64,000 nt of DNA, taken from assembly GCA_903911825.1 (NCBI GenBank), contig CAIWFB010000194.1, positions 2,070 to 66,069 of the forward strand, in the 5' to 3' direction. Numbering within the stretch: position 1 is the stretch's first letter; every line of letters starts with the position of its first letter. Under the pieces are notes generated by a model that saw only the letters and a program-made list of their open reading frames with translations, searched no databases and was not told where the DNA came from. Position numbers and translations under genes: made by a program. Positions 62,548 to 64,000 of this stretch are shown here, one piece after another. This DNA is from an uncultured Verrucomicrobia subdivision 3 bacterium (GTDB lineage: Bacteria > Verrucomicrobiota > Verrucomicrobiia > Limisphaerales > UBA11358).

Positions 62548-62578
62548 AACGGCGGACGGCAACGTCCGCCGTTTTTTA
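62548..62578. terminator. Intrinsic terminator shared by convergent genes
   Basis: The hairpin is ACGGCGGACG (62549-62558) paired with CGTCCGCCGT (62563-62572), then a T-run (62572-62577). It overlaps the stop codon of the convergent kinase gene. Confidence 0.65.
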
Positions 62579-63610
62579 TTTCTTCCGCCACCAACTCGTC
62601 ATGCGCTTGGGCTGGTTCGGCTCCTCGGCCGTTTGAGATTGTTGATACAGCAGCAGACTGCGGGCAGCTTCTAACGCCATGATGAATTCGTCATAGCTTA
62701 GAAAACGATCCGCCGGATTTTTTTCCAAGGCCCGGGCAATGGCATCACTGGTCGCCTGTGTAATTTCTGGATTCACCTGATTCGGCGGTGTAAGCGCCGT
62801 GTAAACATGCGCCTGCACGACTTCATCCGGCGTGGGCGCTTCAAACGGCACATGGCCTGTGATGGCGTGATACAACGTGGCTCCGAGGCTATACATGTCG
62901 GACAGAAAAGTTTCCGGCTCGCGCTTAATCTTTTCCGGCGCGACGTAATACGGCGTGCCACGCACGAATTCTCCTCCTTCTTGCTCCGCATCGGTTTTGC
63001 GAGCGATTCCGAAATCCACCAGCTTCGGTTCGTGATCGGAATTGAATAAAATATTGTCCGGCTTGATGTCGCAGTGCAGTAGATCGTGCTTGAGCGCCAT
63101 ATTCAAGGCCGAGGCGATTTTGATGCCCACATCCAGCACTTGGAGCTCCGGCAACAAGCGGAGCTTTTCAATCCGCGTGTCGAGGCTGCCTTGATCTGCC
63201 AATTCCATGACGAGGTAGCTTTCGCCTTCCCATTCATCGAACGTGTAGATGTGAATGATGTTGGTGTGATTCAGTTGGGCGCAGGAACGGGCTTCGCGCA
63301 GAAAATTTTCGCGGGCATTGGGTTCGGCGAGGATTTCCTTTTTAATCATCTTAACCGCCACGAAGCGACCCAGCATGGTGTCCCACGCGCGGTAAACCGT
63401 GGCCATGCCGCCGGAGCCGACTTTGGCGCGCAGCTCAAACTGCCGCAGCAGCATCGGCATCATGATGGCGTGGCCGCACTTTTTGCAGGGCTCGGACGCC
63501 AGCGGGGCGAGGTCGCCGGGAATAAAAGTCTTCGCGTCACAACCCGGACACGTCACCATTTTTAAGGGTCGGTTTACTTCGCTCATTGGTAACTTCAATT
63601 TACCACTCAC
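62576..63610 (-). CDS. Ser/Thr protein kinase (Hanks type) with an N-terminal zinc ribbon
   Basis: The N-terminus has CPGC...(17 aa)...CKKC. The kinase subdomains follow: GSGGMATVY, VAVKM, HCDIKPDNIL, DFGIA and YYVAPE. Confidence 0.9.
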   Translation of the reverse strand: MSGKLKLPMSEVNRPLKMVTCPGCDAKTFIPGDLAPLASEPCKKCGHAIMMPMLLRQFELRAKVGSGGMATVYRAWDTMLGRFVAVKMIKKEILAEPNARENFLREARSCAQLNHTNIIHIYTFDEWEGESYLVMELADQGSLDTRIEKLRLLPELQVLDVGIKIASALNMALKHDLLHCDIKPDNILFNSDHEPKLVDFGIARKTDAEQEGGEFVRGTPYYVAPEKIKREPETFLSDMYSLGATLYHAITGHVPFEAPTPDEVVQAHVYTALTPPNQVNPEITQATSDAIARALEKNPADRFLSYDEFIMALEAARSLLLYQQSQTAEEPNQPKRMTSWWRKK

Positions 63611-63672
63611 CCAGCGTTTTCAAGGAAAATCTTTACTTTCATTGGAAAATTGTGTTTCCTTCCCACGCAGAA

Positions 63673-63783
63673 ATGAAAAACACGTTCGCAAAATCAACAA
63701 TGACGCACGCGTCGGTTAATGGCTGGATGGCCATTTGCCAACGCTATTCCCGTCCATTGGGCGTCGTGGGAGTGAAATTCTAA
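63673..63783 (+). CDS. Possible 36-aa small ORF (or the body of a small RNA) followed by a terminator
   Basis: An ATG at 63673 opens MKNTFAKSTMTHASVNGWMAICQRYSRPLGVVGVKF. A strong hairpin terminator begins 20 nt after its stop. There is no homology evidence. Confidence 0.2.
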   Translation: MKNTFAKSTMTHASVNGWMAICQRYSRPLGVVGVKF

Positions 63784-63802
63784 AACTTAGATTTTTAACT
63801 TA

Positions 63803-63840
63803 AAACCCGCGATTGCCAAAGCAGTCGCGGGTTTTTTGTT
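63803..63840 (+). terminator. Intrinsic terminator
   Basis: The hairpin is AACCCGCGA (63804-63812) paired with TCGCGGGTT (63825-63833), with inner TGC/GCA pairing. It is followed by TTTTTGTTTT and preceded by AAAA. Confidence 0.6.
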
Positions 63841-63876
63841 TTAACCACCAACCAAGAAAGCAAATCAGTAAGTTAT

Positions 63877-64000
63877 ATGAAGAAGACCAACACACTCCGG
63901 ACGTTATTTAGTCCGGAAACGCGGTTTGAGCTGCGGCCCACGGCAGCAGTGCCGTTCCGCGCCAACCTAGAAACCGAGTTCGAGCAACTCAAGACACGCC
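63877..64000 (+). CDS. Hypothetical protein, N-terminal fragment (continues beyond the right edge)
   Basis: An ATG at 63877 is open to the end of the window (MKKTNTLRTLFSPETRFELRPTAAVPFRANLETEFEQLKTR). I recognise no family. Confidence 0.4.
   Translation, partial: MKKTNTLRTLFSPETRFELRPTAAVPFRANLETEFEQLKTR

Overview
This is a gene-dense 64 kb chromosomal segment with about 60 protein genes and one tRNA-Tyr. I saw no rRNA, CRISPR array, transposase, integrase or prophage. The taxon is inference only: a Gram-negative of the PVC group, Verrucomicrobiota-like. That guess rests on a PEP-CTERM protein, LptF/G and LptE/BamD-like envelope genes, a futalosine-pathway radical-SAM enzyme, several zinc-ribbon-anchored proteins and CGCGAA-rich dispersed intergenic repeats. 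Housekeeping genes present are mutS, amtB-glnK, mnmG, pgi, argH, lysA, uppP, sufE, tatD, cinA, a leuC-like aconitase-family gene and a squalene/phytoene-synthase-family gene. Many neighbouring genes overlap by the 4-nt ATGA start/stop motif (7061, 13171, 14946, 46223, 52124, 54150), which suggests translational coupling. The window is rich in signal-transduction genes. The most interesting loci are: (i) 53.7-60.5 kb, an MglA/MglB Ras-like polarity switch in one operon with a proline-rich Roadblock protein and a PilT-type ATPase, divergent from a REC-PATAN(DUF4388)-Roadblock-like regulator and two unknown small proteins. (ii) 8.3-18.3 kb, a MASE1 hybrid kinase, then an RsbW-like/GAF/PP2C fusion, then a REC protein, lying next to a WecB/TagA glycosyltransferase fused to two STAS domains and an orphan CheA; this looks like a partner-switching circuit whose target is an envelope glycosyltransferase. 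(iii) 36971-37180, ten tandem 21-bp units with a conserved CGAAACAT head, directly upstream of an ArsR-type regulator. (iv) A+T-rich single-gene insertions, including a SieB-like superinfection-exclusion candidate. (v) A 1137-aa orphan enzyme-sized protein. All functional calls come from reading the translations by eye. No database search or numeric composition analysis was run.
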